Assembly: GCA_905331295.1 (NCBI GenBank)
Contig: CAJNYD010000013.1
Span: forward strand, 144,763 to 208,762
Origin: Rotaria socialis
Lineage: Eukaryota
Direction of reading: 5' to 3'
DNA: 64,000 nt
The position numbers and the translations under genes were made by a program. Below are positions 46,282-60,024 of this stretch, one piece after another (position 1 is the first letter of the stretch; every line of letters starts with the position of its first letter). The notes below the pieces were generated by a model. That model saw only the letters and a list, made by a program, of their open reading frames with translations. It had not been told where the DNA came from and searched no databases.

Positions 46282-47399
46282 TAAATTATAACTATGTGAA
46301 CTGATGTAGCTGGGATGGGATAGATATATGATACATTGTATATTAAGAGAGGGGAAGGAGAAGGCATGCATTAAAATTAATGAAATTAAAGGTATCATAT
46401 CTTCCTAAAGGAACAATTGCTTAACCTGATCTTTAGTGTAAATGTAGATACAGCTGATCAAAATTTACAAGACAATATAAAACTTTCGGTCGACTTCAAA
46501 AATTCATACGTTTACGTGATAAAAATGCCATTGAATAAGTCACTTCTCAATTACAGTTATGATTTATAAATACAAAGTTGATTATTGTAAATATTTTCAA
46601 GTATTTGTTAAGATCATTTACGATCGATTCATTTATAAGAAAAAAAAAGATCAGATTATATTTTATACATTTGAATTATCACTGAATAAATATAACATGG
46701 AAATATTGTCAATTTTATTCTGTTTCTGTTCAAAATGTGCAAGGCATATGTTTGATATCTGTTTTACTCATTCTATGAATTAAATATCTTTATTTTGCAA
46801 TTGAATTTTGTTCATGATCATAATGAACAATCTTTCTTTTAACGTAAGAAATTCTTGTTGATTAACAGAATCTTTAATCTAATATACAATGACAATAAGT
46901 CATGATACTGCAATGTTTGTGGTAGATTTGTGATAATTTGGTTTTTAAATTATCCTAGTAATTGTTTTTCTATGCATTGTCGTGATGGGTAGATTGCGTA
47001 TATTTATTGCAAATCATGCTTTGTTTGCTTGAGGTGACGATGTAGTTACATCTTTTTTTTCAAGATTCATTATGGACAATCGAGAACATTGACATATGGC
47101 TTGTTTGGTGTCGACTATGATTTCGTTATGCTCAAGATTATTCTCTATACCTCATTTCTCTCCAACCAATAATTGGTATCCACCAAGTGAAGGTTTTTTT
47201 AAACTGTTCATTAGCTCCTTATCCATTCAAAAAGTACGAAATCAATTTATTATCTTGAATATTTTCTTAATTATTATCTGTATAGTTGATGGTGTGAAAT
47301 TTTATGAAATCAAGTTTTTGAATCAACAGCTCGAATTCAAACGAAAGAAAAAAAGACAGTAGCTAGTTTCTTCAAACGTAAACAATTTTGAAAAAGTAA

Positions 47400-47469
47400 A
47401 ATTTGAATGGGCAAGGCTCAAAATGAAATGGACAATTGCCCATTTGCCTCCACCCTGGTTACGTCGCTG
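47400..47469. mobile_element. Orphan hAT-like terminal fragment
   Basis: The minus strand begins CAGCGACGTAACCAGGGTGGAGGCAAATGGGCAATTG. No partner end found. Adjoined by a CCTGGG-type MITE end. Confidence 0.4.
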
Positions 47470-48951
47470 ACTGGATCCCAATAGGTCCTATTAGATCCTG
47501 GGATCCGCTTTTTCTCCCTTGAGGCAAACATAGTGATCATTACAATTTTCTTTTTCGTTTTTATAAATATGTATCAACTTTTGAAGAGTCATGATGAATA
47601 TCTAAAGTCAGGATTTTTCTAGCAATAGCTGTTATAAACATGAAGTAGCATATACTTTTGTTTTAATAGAACAGCGGTTGTCGTTCTTACTTGCATCAAT
47701 CGAATTTGAGCTGTGCTGATTTCAGAGTACAAGTAAAAGAAAGTTTAATCTTCAGGAACTTTTTATTCCTTTGTATTATTTGATGATTTATTATTTCACA
47801 AGTTAAGAAAAGTAAGAACAGAGAAATGGAGAATATTTTTATCACACGAAGTTTTGAAAAATAATTGTTTTTCTGCAATATTAATTTGAACATTCTGTTG
47901 AAAAGTAACGAGTCGTTATTTTACTATCTCCGAAATTAATTGATCCATCGAAAAAAACCTGATGTATATATGCGTATATGTCTTTATTTCGCAGAAATAT
48001 TCAGTTTCATGAAAAAAGTTTCCATTTTTATTTGAGAAAAAAGAAAAACTTTTAGAAATTTGAACTAATAGAGGACAGATCTAAAATTGAAGGTACAGTG
48101 ACAAAGACATAAGAATACGAGTATTATAAGGGTTTAAGAGTTAGGATCTAGGAGAGCTATAAAAGTATATGGGTAAGGCATAGACATAAGCGTATAGGAA
48201 TAAGAACAAAGTTACAGCGGGTTTAGTGGTACAGATATAAATATAAGATTTAATATTAGTGGTATAGATGCAATAATATAGAAACAAGGGTACCCTCAAG
48301 TAATTTTAAGTAGCTCTAGGAATCATGATATATTGAATAGTGTATCGTAAACAAATACAAAACGAACGGAGAACTATATATATTTAGTTTTTTGGAGTTG
48401 GTCTAGGAAAATCGAAATAATTTCAGTAGATTATTTATCAGGTTTGAGAGACATGCACGTTATGTGAAACCCATTGACAGACATTGAAACCATTTTGAAA
48501 GAATACTAAAAGAATATTTAGGAAAAACCAGTTGATAGAATAAAATGAGACTTAATTTTGAATAGATCTTAACATTTATCTAAAAAAATGCTGGAATTTT
48601 CTTTGATTTACAGGCGCATTCATTTTCATCGAAACATTTTTATTGGTTCAAAGCAGCCATCATTGCATTTTTATTGCCACCGGCCAACAACGATTAACAA
48701 GTACCACTTAATGAGAAAAATATCATCCGGAAAAAATATCTATTCTTCTTTCTAATTTCGAATGCTAGGAAAAACAATGTTCGTAAAAATATCGTAACTT
48801 GTGGCTCCCTCACAAACGAATTTCTTCGCAATTGATTCGATGAGTCATTAAATTCTAACTTTGTATGATTTTATTAGTTCATTTCATTTTACATATGTTA
48901 ATATACTCAGCTCGTTTCCGGTGCTGATCAACGAACAGTGAAAACAATAAA

Positions 48952-51900
48952 ATGTTAGTATTGTTTCAATTAAGTTCAATTAATAGTTTTCTTTTGGCAT
49001 ATACTAGGTCAACGGGAAATACGCTTGTCGAACTTCATCAATTTTTCGAAGATGCTCCAGATGATTATCGTTTGGAGATGGAAGCTGAAGTTCGTCTTAA
49101 AGCTCTCTATTCATGTCTTGTGGTAAGAAATATTATTCCAATTATATTTAAATAGTGAAGCATTTTTTTGTTTTTCTCCTCGAATTAGAATGCAACATCA
49201 AGAACAATGTTGCAAATTGGTTTAAGTGGTTTATTAACATATGTTAAAGCGTCTCAAAGAAGTTCGACTATTGATGAACTACTCATATCAAAAGATTATA
49301 TTTCAGAAATAATTACGATTGCTGCTGATCATTTCACAACAGTTAGTAGAAAGATATTTTATATGCGTATAAGTTTAACTTGCTGGAGAACCATGAAAAC
49401 ATTTTATTGTAGTTGTGCAATAAGAATGGAATGTGTTTTTCTTTTTGCTTCGCTTGATAATCGAACAATATATTTTATCTTGAGTACGATATCAAAGAAA
49501 TTATTACATGTTTTCAATCTTAAGATAAGATACAACAGTGCTGAATATATATTTTTATATCGTATCTTTCTCTTACATAATCGTATCTACAAAAATCAGT
49601 AAAACAAGCTGAACATTTTTCCTGTGGAACACTGAAAATATTCCGAGTGCATGGAAATATACAAATATTTCTTTCTTTTAGGCACCATTACTTTCAGCAA
49701 CATGTCTTTATGAATGTATGTTGCATTATCCAAAAAAGTTTTCACCATTTCTCATTGTATGTAATAAGTAGATTTATTAAATATATCACATTGGACCATT
49801 TCTTTTTTTTCAAGAATAAATTTCGTCCATTATTGCCTCGTATTATTTATAAAAAGACTTCTGGACCAAGCGAGGTAGAAAAGTGTTCATTTTGAATATA
49901 CAAGAAAAAAACGAATTTTCATTCAATAGATTTGCTGCAAATGTATTGCTCATTTATCTGTACTTGGAATACCATCGGCTTCAAAACAAGCGAAATCATG
50001 GAAAAATGAATACGATCGATATCTTAAAATAGCTTCTCTTCTGATCGATCAAATTTATTCAGGAGTAAATGGTAAAAAATATGAAATATATTTTCAGCTA
50101 TTTACATTCTATTCTATCGTATTAGATTGTCTTTGTACGGAAGTAACTGATATTGAAACAACATTAACAGCAGAAATTGGTGATGTTATTTCATCAACGG
50201 ATTATGCAACAATTTTTTCTAATTGCTGTAATATATTGAGATATCTATTCTAGTAAGAATTTTTAAATTTAATAAAATTTATTAATATTTGTATGCATTT
50301 TTCAGTGTGCAATTGGATTCTCAAGTTACGGTTCCATGCGAACGGACATTTAAAATAATATCAAAAGTTATATCAATCAACAGCCAACAATTTGTAAGAA
50401 TGAAATTTTCTTTTATTGTTAAATATGTAATATAGACATCTATATATTATGGTGATACTCGAACACTAAACACGACGATTGACTTTGTTGTTAGAGCGCC
50501 TGAGTAAAACCATGACATAGAAGATAGGACTGCTTTAAATGTCAGAAATTCATTTTTAACTCAAGAATAGAATACGATTTCAACGGTTGAAAGAATATTC
50601 GAACTCTGCGCAACCAATTTTTAGCAAATTGCACTCATTGTACGGACTTCCCTTTGGTTTTAAAAATAATATAAGCAATATCCTTTTGTTTTGCTTATTA
50701 CATCTTCATTATTATTTGCAGGAAGTAAGCCACCTACGTACTATTTTTTCCTGTTAGGTCAACTTGTTCTCAAAAGATTTTTTAGAGAATCCAGGAAACT
50801 AGTTAAAGTATAATTAATTTTCTGCTCGCCTCTATTATTAGAAATTTGAAAGTAAATTTTAATGAATTATACATTGCTAAGATCTATTATATTTAGAATA
50901 CACTTCATCGTAAACACAATTTACCAACATTGCTTGGCTCATGTGTTCAATTATGTGATACACTTGCTACTTAGTTAGTTTTCATTAATATTTGTTAGCT
51001 TGATAAAATATGTTTTCTTTAGTAATCCATCATCATTTATGTTTAATATTCGATCGATATTTACATTATTCATATCATTATTGGATCTCGTACGTCCACA
51101 AGCTGAATATTTGTAAATATTTTTAAATTTCATTCTGCATTGACAAACATTTTGTTTTGTTTTAGAACATTATCAATAAATATTTATCAGTTATTAACAA
51201 ATTTATTAGCAATATTTCATCGGCAAGTACGAATTGATGTTGATATATTACAAAAATTAATTCGTTGGATTATAAATGATTCAACAGTACGTACACGATC
51301 GAAAGTACCAGTTGCATATTTATCAAGGCCAGATCATCAGTTATCTCAAGCCGCAATGAATTGTAGGTTTAAAATTTTATTGAATACAAAAAATTGATTT
51401 TGATTTCATAAGGTACTCAACAATTGTTAAACATCTATTCGGATCATATGCCGAAAGATCAATATAGCGTAAGATTCAGTCAACTGATATTATTCTATTT
51501 TACTCAAGTGCAATATACTTTTTTGTAGCTTATTCAAAATCATTTCATACAAACACTTATGATTTGCCAAGCATCAAGTATTATTAATAAGCCTTATGAT
51601 AATGAATTGTGTCGTGTTGGTTTATATAACATTCTCGAATGTTTATTGATTAATGAAAGAGCTGATTGTTCGACAATTATTGCTATTAGTAAAGATTTAA
51701 TTGATAATGCTGTTTCATTAGATTCGTCTGTTAAAGTAAGAATAATGATATTTTTGTTCATCGAAAAACTTTCTTCATTCAAGTAGTCATGTCTTGACTA
51801 AGAGGGGTGTATTTAATTGAATTTCAATGTTTGACTGATTTTGTTTGTGCTAAGGAAAAAAGTCTTACAGCTATGTTCTTTTCATAATAAAATAAAAACT

Positions 51901-54544
51901 TCGGTCTATTGAGATTTTCCGATCGGCAAAAGCAAAGATTTCTGGTCTAAAACGAAGATTTGTTAGTAAACGAATCATGTTCTAATACACAACATTTCTT
52001 TATTTCAGGTTAAAATGGCCGTACGTAAGTTAAAACTTGTATGGCAGCAAGTCAATGATTCAACATGTCATCTATATCAACCATGGTCATTTTTGAATGT
52101 TGATAAACCACGCAAAGTTCTACCTAATAATATAAATAGTTCAATGACAACCAATGAGCTTCGTAATGTATTTATAACTCCATCAATGCCAATGATAAGT
52201 AATATTGAATCAGCGCCAGTATCAATGATGAATACAGAACATGAACTTTTAATGCATTCTCTACCTATTTCAAAACCATCATCGCATCATCAAACTCCTA
52301 TGGAAATAGCAGCAAATACATTTTTACAAGCACCAGCACCAATGACATATTCGACTCTTGATGTTTTACTTCCATCACAACAATCGAATCTCGAAACATT
52401 TGTGCAACCTATGAAAGGTAAATTCAACATAGACGTATATTCATAATTTGAATTTTGCTGTTTTTTCCAAGAACATCACAAAGATGAATATAATCAAATA
52501 TCGGAACACCATCGAAAACGACCAAAATTAATCGATACACGACCCGTTGAAATCGATGATGATGATGATGACGGAGCTGAACGTAAAGAAAATTTTTGTT
52601 TTCGTGTAATCTATTGCTTATTTTTTGGATAATCTATAATTTAGAAATTTTTGCTGACGAAAGTGATAATGGAGAACGTGAGAATGAACACATGGATGAT
52701 TATGACGAAGAAGACGAAGAAGAAGAAGAAGAAGAAGAAATTGGTGGAGAAAGTGAAGAAATGGATGAAAGTGATGAAATCGACGATGAAGTTGATGATG
52801 ATGGCAGATCAGAAATTAGCTCAGATGATGATGATAATGAACGTATGGTACATACAAACGGTATTAAAAAATTCAGCCAACATTTAGGTATTGTTTGTTT
52901 ACTTACAAATTATTTAAAATAAAATGACAGGCAATTTATTTCATTGAAAATTTTTCATTGCATCAGATTTTTGTCAAGATGTAAGTCTAGGAGCTTTCGT
53001 TTTCTTGTGAAATACGATCAATCTAAGAATTATGCTAAAGTATAATGAGAAAACAATTCGACTTCATAACAAATGTTTTTTCCCTCAAATGCGATCAATG
53101 ACGGATTAGCTCATTTCCAAAAGAATTGAGTCAGTAACAGAATATGTAGATAGACCAAAACTGACTTTCTCTGATTAGCAAAAAACAGCTACATCGTGTT
53201 TCACATTTTAATTCTGCAAAATTTACGCTAACAGCTAATAGTCTTTTTTATTAATGGAACTCTTTTCTTTCTACTTATTCCATTGACGTTGTGCGAATTC
53301 TTTGGTGTTTTTTCTTCGCCTGGTTTTTGTGAGCGTGAAAATATTTTCGTTTAGGTACTCACCAATCAAATGTCGATCTACTCGGCATTAGTAATGCACA
53401 ATCGGAAGCCTATCTTCAAACGATGAATGATAATCTTCATAAAAAATTTCGTCGTCAAAATCATTTTGATCAACACTATCCATCTGTACATCCCACATCA
53501 ACAGATTTCTCACATAATAATAATAATAATAACAACAATCAAATTTATTATCCTTCTCAACTAAATGGCGATTATAAAAACAATATTCATAAACCAGCAA
53601 ATGGTAATGGTCAAGTGTTATCGAAAAACGACGGTGATGAGGACGACGATGATATTGTATTAGTCAGCGATGATGATGATGATGATGATAGTGTAGATAA
53701 AAAATCAGAAACAAAAAGTACCAGTAGGTTATCTGTTTTGATATATTTTTATTGAACAAATAAAGCTGCAAATTTTGTTTTTAGACGTGTGCCTTTCTGA
53801 ACCAACTACTTGCATATCTGATATTCCAGCAAAATTTATTGAAACAGCTACAATAAAGCTAACAACAACAACAACAACAACTGTAACCAATGATGCTTCA
53901 TCAGCTAAAGATTTATTAGAAGACATCGATAGGGTACGATATTGTTCAGTTCATAGAATGATGTTCATTTAAATATAGAAAACGTTTCTTTTTTGCAAAT
54001 CTTATGCGATGTTAAAGTCTTTGAGAAAAAGAATAGGGCATAGAAATATAGTTTAGAATTTCGTACGAACCGATTAATTCATCTTCGTACTTTCTTTTTT
54101 TCACGGACTTTTACATCGCAAATGAATGCCTGTAAATTCAAATGAAATTCTGTTTGCTTGTTGTATCAATTTTGAAAATGATGATCGCATGAATTTTGTT
54201 GTTATTTTATTTTTGTTCTATTTCACTGACTTTTTGCTTCTCCTTAGTACAGTCTTCATGCGGTCATGTCATCCGCATAGAGACATCATCTGTCGACAAT
54301 TCTGCCACGTCATTAACTCTAGCTATTCAGGTATGCAGAGATAATAAAGAGGATAATCTATATGTGTAAATAAACATTCGAAAATATTATTTCCGATGAT
54401 TTGAATTTTGCCTTTTAAAGTCTTTAAATCATAGAAAATAAAGTTCATATTTTTTTTTCTTCAAAGGAAACCATGGAATCACTTCGTGATGCGGTTAATT
54501 TGGTTAGCGATGATTATGCAATATTTAATGAAGAACATAATTAG
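48952..54544 (+). CDS. PELP1: PELP1/Rix1-like nucleolar protein
   Basis: Many short exons with PELP1-like blocks: LQIGLSGLLTYV, KSWKNEYDRYLKIASLLIDQIYSG, VTVPCERTFKIISKVISI, PYDNELCRVGLYNILECLL, SLDSSVKV. Followed by a Pro/Ser-rich linker and a long Asp/Glu tract. Last exon ETMESLRDAVNLVSDDYAIFNEEHN*. Confidence 0.72.
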
Positions 54545-55566
54545 ACTACTAAAAAAAAAGAAAATTAATTCAACGGTTATGTTTGTATGTTTTATTTTTG
54601 ATCTATGTAATCTTACTAAAAGCATACGTCATCATATTTCATTACGGTTATGTACATTGTGATCATAGAAGAAAAGAAGCAAAAGTTTTTTCTGTGCATT
54701 CATTTTGTGTTCGTGATAGACTTTTTTTTCTTTCATTTCCATTTCTCTTTAGCCGCTCAGCAGTTCTTCATGTATTGTTGTTGTTCCTCTTTGTCACTGT
54801 TATTCATTTTTTCTCATGTTTTTCTCTCCCTTGTTTGCTGCTTTACTGTGTAAGACGGGTGAAACACAATGACAATAAAAACAAATGCAGATAACTGAGT
54901 AAATAAATAAATAGAAAGTGTAGGAACATAAAGAGTTTCAATTTTTTCTATTTTTGTCCAATTCTCACGAAGGAAGTTCTCCAATATATGAATCGCTTTT
55001 GAAGGGTGTGGGTGTGTATTACCAAGTCAGATGGGGTTAATTAATCAAGTCACTATTAAAGTAGTTAGTTAGGATAAAATTCTATATCTAGAATGGATCA
55101 AATTTGATTCGATATTTTTCGGTCAAGATTTTTATTCGGCGAAAATAAAATTCGGCGAAGCTGTATGAATTCCTTTTTGCGTGGGCAATTGTTTTCTTTT
55201 TCGTTACGTGTATTAGGAGTCATTTTAAGAAAAGGAAGAGAATGCTGATGCACATAAAAGAAAACGAATTGATTGAACTAACATGTTTTGAAAAATTGCC
55301 ATTCAGTAGAAAATTGTACCACGTTGATTCATTTTTGTCTTTTTTTATCGAAATTGAACCGAACCGAACTTGAACCATCAAAAGTCGGTTCGATTCGGTC
55401 TCTGATGTGTAGTGCTGTGGAGCCAAAAGCGATTTATCAATGGACTAACTTCCGTTGACTGGCTTACTATTTAAAAAACACTTACATCATTATGGACGAT
55501 TTTAGGGTTAATCAATCATTTTTTTAAATTTGTGTAATAACATCGCTTCTTTCTTTATTACTTTTG

Positions 55567-57338
55567 ATGATATCAATAATCAGACATTTGAACGGTTTTC
55601 GACGAGCAATGTCAAGTATTCGTGCAATCAAAATTGGTACACACAATGGACATTTTCATTGTGATGAAATATTTGCTTGTTTTCTATTGAAAACGTTGCC
55701 TCGATATGCTGATGCGGAAATTATCAGGTTAGTTCAAATCACAGAGAATTATTTGCTAGTCTACACGGAACAGATCGATTGCGTTCACGACGAGAATTTC
55801 TACGTGTGATAGAAAATTTTGAAATCAATATTCATTTTGTTCGCTGTAGCTGTACGATAGATAGGCAAGAGTGTGATTGGTTGGAACCAAAATTTCTTCA
55901 AAAGTGGGGAGCAACCGATTGGATATCAATAAAAATACTTCAGCATTTAGAGAAAGACGCTGAACTTTTTCTACGGTGAAAAATGGTCTGCACTGAACCG
56001 TATATATATTTAATACCATGATAAAAATTCGAAAAGAAACGATAGCATTGTAGATACTCTCGTACTGTGGATAGGCTTTTTAAAAGAGCTCGGTCGTTAT
56101 GCGATGTTCATTATTAAAGATCTCTAATCACATTATTTTGTTTACAGAAGTCGTGATCCAAAAGTATTAGCCGAATGTGATACTGTTGTTGATGTTGGCG
56201 GTATATTTAATGCCGAACAAAAGCGATTTGATCATCATCAAAAGTAGGATTTGATTGTTGTTTAAATTTTTATATGTGTTTATATTTATAGAACATTTAC
56301 TGAAACTTTTAATTCTCTACAACCTGATAAACCATGGACAATACGATTGTCAAGTGCTGGTTTGATTTATGTTCATTTTGGACGAGAAATAGTAGCAGAG
56401 TTACTAAAAAAGGAAAACATTGAAGATGGTGTTAGAGACCATTTAACTGACATTTTATTTGACAAATTATATGAAACATTCGTATTAGAAATTGATGCTA
56501 TTGATAATGGAGTTGATATTGGCGAGAATATGAAGTAAATACTTTTTCTTATAAGCCTCATCCTACTATAGAAAAATCTGTTTTTTTTCTTCTTAATATA
56601 CTTATTTAGATATAAAATTCATACAAATCTGAGTACACGTGTTGGTTACTTCAATCCGGCTTGGAATGATCATAATCCTCTAGAAAAAGAAGAAGTAAGT
56701 CACGTCAAATAATGCTCCTATCGTATTGCAATCGGGCTATGAAACAAAACGAACTTTTTTACTTCTAGACTGGATTTAAACAAGCTATGGAAATGATTGG
56801 ACAAGAATTTTTAGGTAAATTTCATTATTATATTCATCAATGGTGGCCAGCAAGAGCATTACTTGAAAAAGCTATTGCCAAACGATTTGAGGTAAAAAAA
56901 ACCATTTATTTTCAACAAATAGAAGAGTTAGTATTCATTACTGCAATTAAGACTGATCCATCTGGTTCAATAATTGTTCTCGAGTGTTCATCGCCATGGC
57001 GTGATCATTTATTCGACATAGAAAAAGAACAAAAAGAAACTCTTGGTGATACAATCAAATATGTGATCTATCCTGATGCAAGTAAAAGTTGGCGTATACA
57101 AGCTGTTCCATTGTCTAATAAATCATTTGAAAACCGTTTATCATTACCAAAACAATGGCAAGGTCTACGTGATGATGATCTAAGTGCTAAAGCGAATATA
57201 CCAGGATGCATATTTATACATGCATCAGGTTTTATTGGTGGTAATGCAACTTATGATGGTGCTTTAGCTATGGCTCGGCGTTCACTTGAACTAGCAAATG
57301 CAGATTCATTGAACAATAAACGAAAATCAGAAGATTAA
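55567..57338 (+). CDS. MYG1: MYG1 3'-5' RNA exonuclease (UPF0160)
   Basis: IGTHNGHFHCDE, SRDPKVLAECDTVVDVGG, RFDHHQ, RLSSAGLIYVHFG, EIDAIDNG, NPAWN, WRIQAVP, WQGLRD, FIHASGFIGGN. The 60-bp segment from 56892 is an in-frame intron. Confidence 0.97.
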
Positions 57339-57763
57339 GACACGAATTTTTCTTTTGTTAATATCAATTGAAGCAGTGTAAAACACAAAAAAAAGACACT
57401 CTTGACAACATTTATTCTATAACTAAATATAACCCACACATAAGTACATATTAATATGCATGTTATCATTCATATTCGGGTTCCTTCAATCTAATGCATG
57501 AGTAGACTAATCTAAATAAAACGTGAATCCCAATATGAGCATTAACACATATACATATATCTGTACGTACAAGACAAGACAAGACAAGAAAAGTTTTTCT
57601 AAAGGTCGTTCTTCTCTCTCTCTCGCGCGCGCGCTCAATCCTAGCATACAGAGAATAGATGGAGCTCGATAATGGTTTGATACAAAAGACTGATTCTAGT
57701 CTTATTTTGAATACATACAAGTAATAAAAACACAACACCGGATTGTTATTTTTGTTGCTCTCA

Positions 57764-60024
57764 TTACGCAAGCGACTGTTCATGTGGTTGAGTGTAGCCA
57801 TCATTGTTTATTGTTCTCGCACGATGTGCTTGCTTATGACATGCATGACGTATGCATGCTTGGCATGTAAGTATGAGAAAGATAAATGTAATTAAAGCGA
57901 TCACGGATGATACTGTTATCCAACTAATAAATCCAGTGTTTCCCATTGATTTTTCACGAAATTCAGCGGGAATATAATTTGTTTGATTGATCATATAGCC
58001 AAGTGTCCAACCGGCTTTACCCGATGTGAATTTATTTACAACGCTAATGCGCTCTAAATCAACTTCCTTAAAGCCAATACCTTTTGTCAACCATAACCAC
58101 ACATACCAAGCATCAAAGCATAACGCTCGCTTATGCTGTTCATTACCTGGCAATATTGACTCTTGTTTACAAAGCGTTATGTAATCTATGTCACACTGAA
58201 AGAAAGAAAAATTATTGATTTGAAATTTTTTTCTTCCCTATGCCTAAACGAATTGATTTTACACTTACAACAGTTTTACGGCGTCGTTCTAGTTCTTCCC
58301 GATGAAAATCGGCTAATTTATATCCAGTTGATTTGTTTATTGTGGGTATACCTATACGAAAGAAATAATAATTCAAGACTTTTTCGTTATACATATAATT
58401 TTCAATACCATGAGCTAAATTATCGAATACATAATAATAGCCAGACAGACCAATAAACTTAATATTCTCTGGTATTACCGGTTGAAACGTAAAATCGAAT
58501 GCACAATAATCTTTTTTATACGAACAATTCATTTCTCTATTATTACGTTTACTATCGAATAAACGAGAAAGACTTTGATTACATTGACTAGCATTTCCTG
58601 CGCCGACAAATGTAAATGATGATATACTAGTGTTGTAATTGGCGAATTGTAGTTTCTCATTATTCGTACATGTTGAAGTAAAGAGTTTATTTATTTTCAA
58701 TGTATCATTAGCACCAGTAACTAAACATGGGTCAGGCACAAAAAGAGTTGTTGATAAATCCGACGATTCTATATTGCTGTTCAATAAATCATTAACAAGA
58801 CGAGCACGATGTCGTTTCGTAGCTTCATTTTTACCCCAACATAAATAACTGTGAGCATATGGTTTATAAACTCTATCGAATAGAGTAATACTTGTTGTAA
58901 ATTCCAATGGAATTGGTTGACTGGCATGTTCTTCTGCGTCTACGAAGAAGAAAAAAAGAAGAAGATAGGACTTTGCGTTTTTTCTCGAAATAAAATTTAA
59001 TGAAAAAACTTACAAGTAAATGTAACTTGTGTTGAAGCTCCACCTAAATCAAGTACGCCAGCCATATCTTGATCTAGTTCTGTTGGTGAAATAGTTTGTC
59101 CAGATTTTTTTCTTTTTTCATGGCGATGTTTAAATTTTTCTAATAGAATATTTGTTGTTATCCAACCATCAATAGCTTCTTCCATGCCAGTCAATATTCG
59201 TACCTATTGTTTTTTTTAAAATAGTTTCACTAATAGATAATTGTAAGAGATCAGTTTTGCTCGAAAATTAGCTTTTCTATCATAACACATAAATATCCTC
59301 CTATAGACTTGAGAGTTTTCTTCTTCTAATGCTTATAGTTAACATAGATTATAGCATATTTATACTCGTAACTTTATTAGCGAAAACTCCTTAGTTATTG
59401 TTTTTGATTCATTCTGTTTTTCATCAGGTAAATAGAAGAGACTGAACTTACTTGTCGTGCAACAACGAATTGAAATGGATAATTCGAAAACGTTTCACGT
59501 ATTGTTTCAAGTACTTGATTTGCTTGTTTTATATTGCGTAGTCTTGCTAAACGCATGCCTGCTGTTGCACCAAGAAAAATTGGAGAGTATTTATGACGAT
59601 CCGATGGTATTTTTTCAACAGCCTTTTTTAAACAAGGCTCAAAAAAACTAGGTAATAAATCAAGATGCTGTTCAAAATCAGATATAGCCTTGATGGCTTT
59701 AGTCTCATTGAATTTTGTTGAATCACGAATATTGACAGCTACGAGTGAGCAAACAAAATATTCACTGACGGATGATGTTGTTCCTGCACCTTCTGATTTA
59801 TCAGCCGGCCAATGATAAACGAACATCTCCGTATGCGAGCTACCGGCATCAAAAACAATAGCATAATTAGTAGGTGGTACAACACGCGCTCTATATAGAA
59901 CTGTCAAATAAATGACAATGGCGGCAGCAAGTAAAAAGAGAGTAATAGAAATTCCTTGTGTAAAACTGATAATATAACGAATACGATGTTTATGTTTCTG
60001 TTTTTGTTGATGCTGACCGTCCAT
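57764..60024 (-). CDS. ENTPD: Ectonucleoside triphosphate diphosphohydrolase (CD39/GDA1 apyrase family), two TM segments
   Basis: All five apyrase conserved regions: VFDAGSSHT, FLGATAGMRL, TGMEEAIDGW, LDLGGASTQ, AGWTLG. Also HSYLCWG and N- and C-terminal TM helices. Confidence 0.95.

Noticed and set aside
48080..48300. Purine-skewed degenerate short repeats
   Set aside because: No constant repeat unit or spacer structure, so not CRISPR-like; probably decayed simple repeat or TE interior.
55004..55016. Second TGTGGG-like tract (GGGTGTGGGTGTG)
   Set aside because: Only about two units, near a GGGGTTAA piggyBac-like end and not at an evident breakpoint; too short to interpret.
55755..56080. 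Possible MITE enlarging MYG1 intron 1
   Set aside because: The ends are only loosely inverted and no TSD could be fixed.
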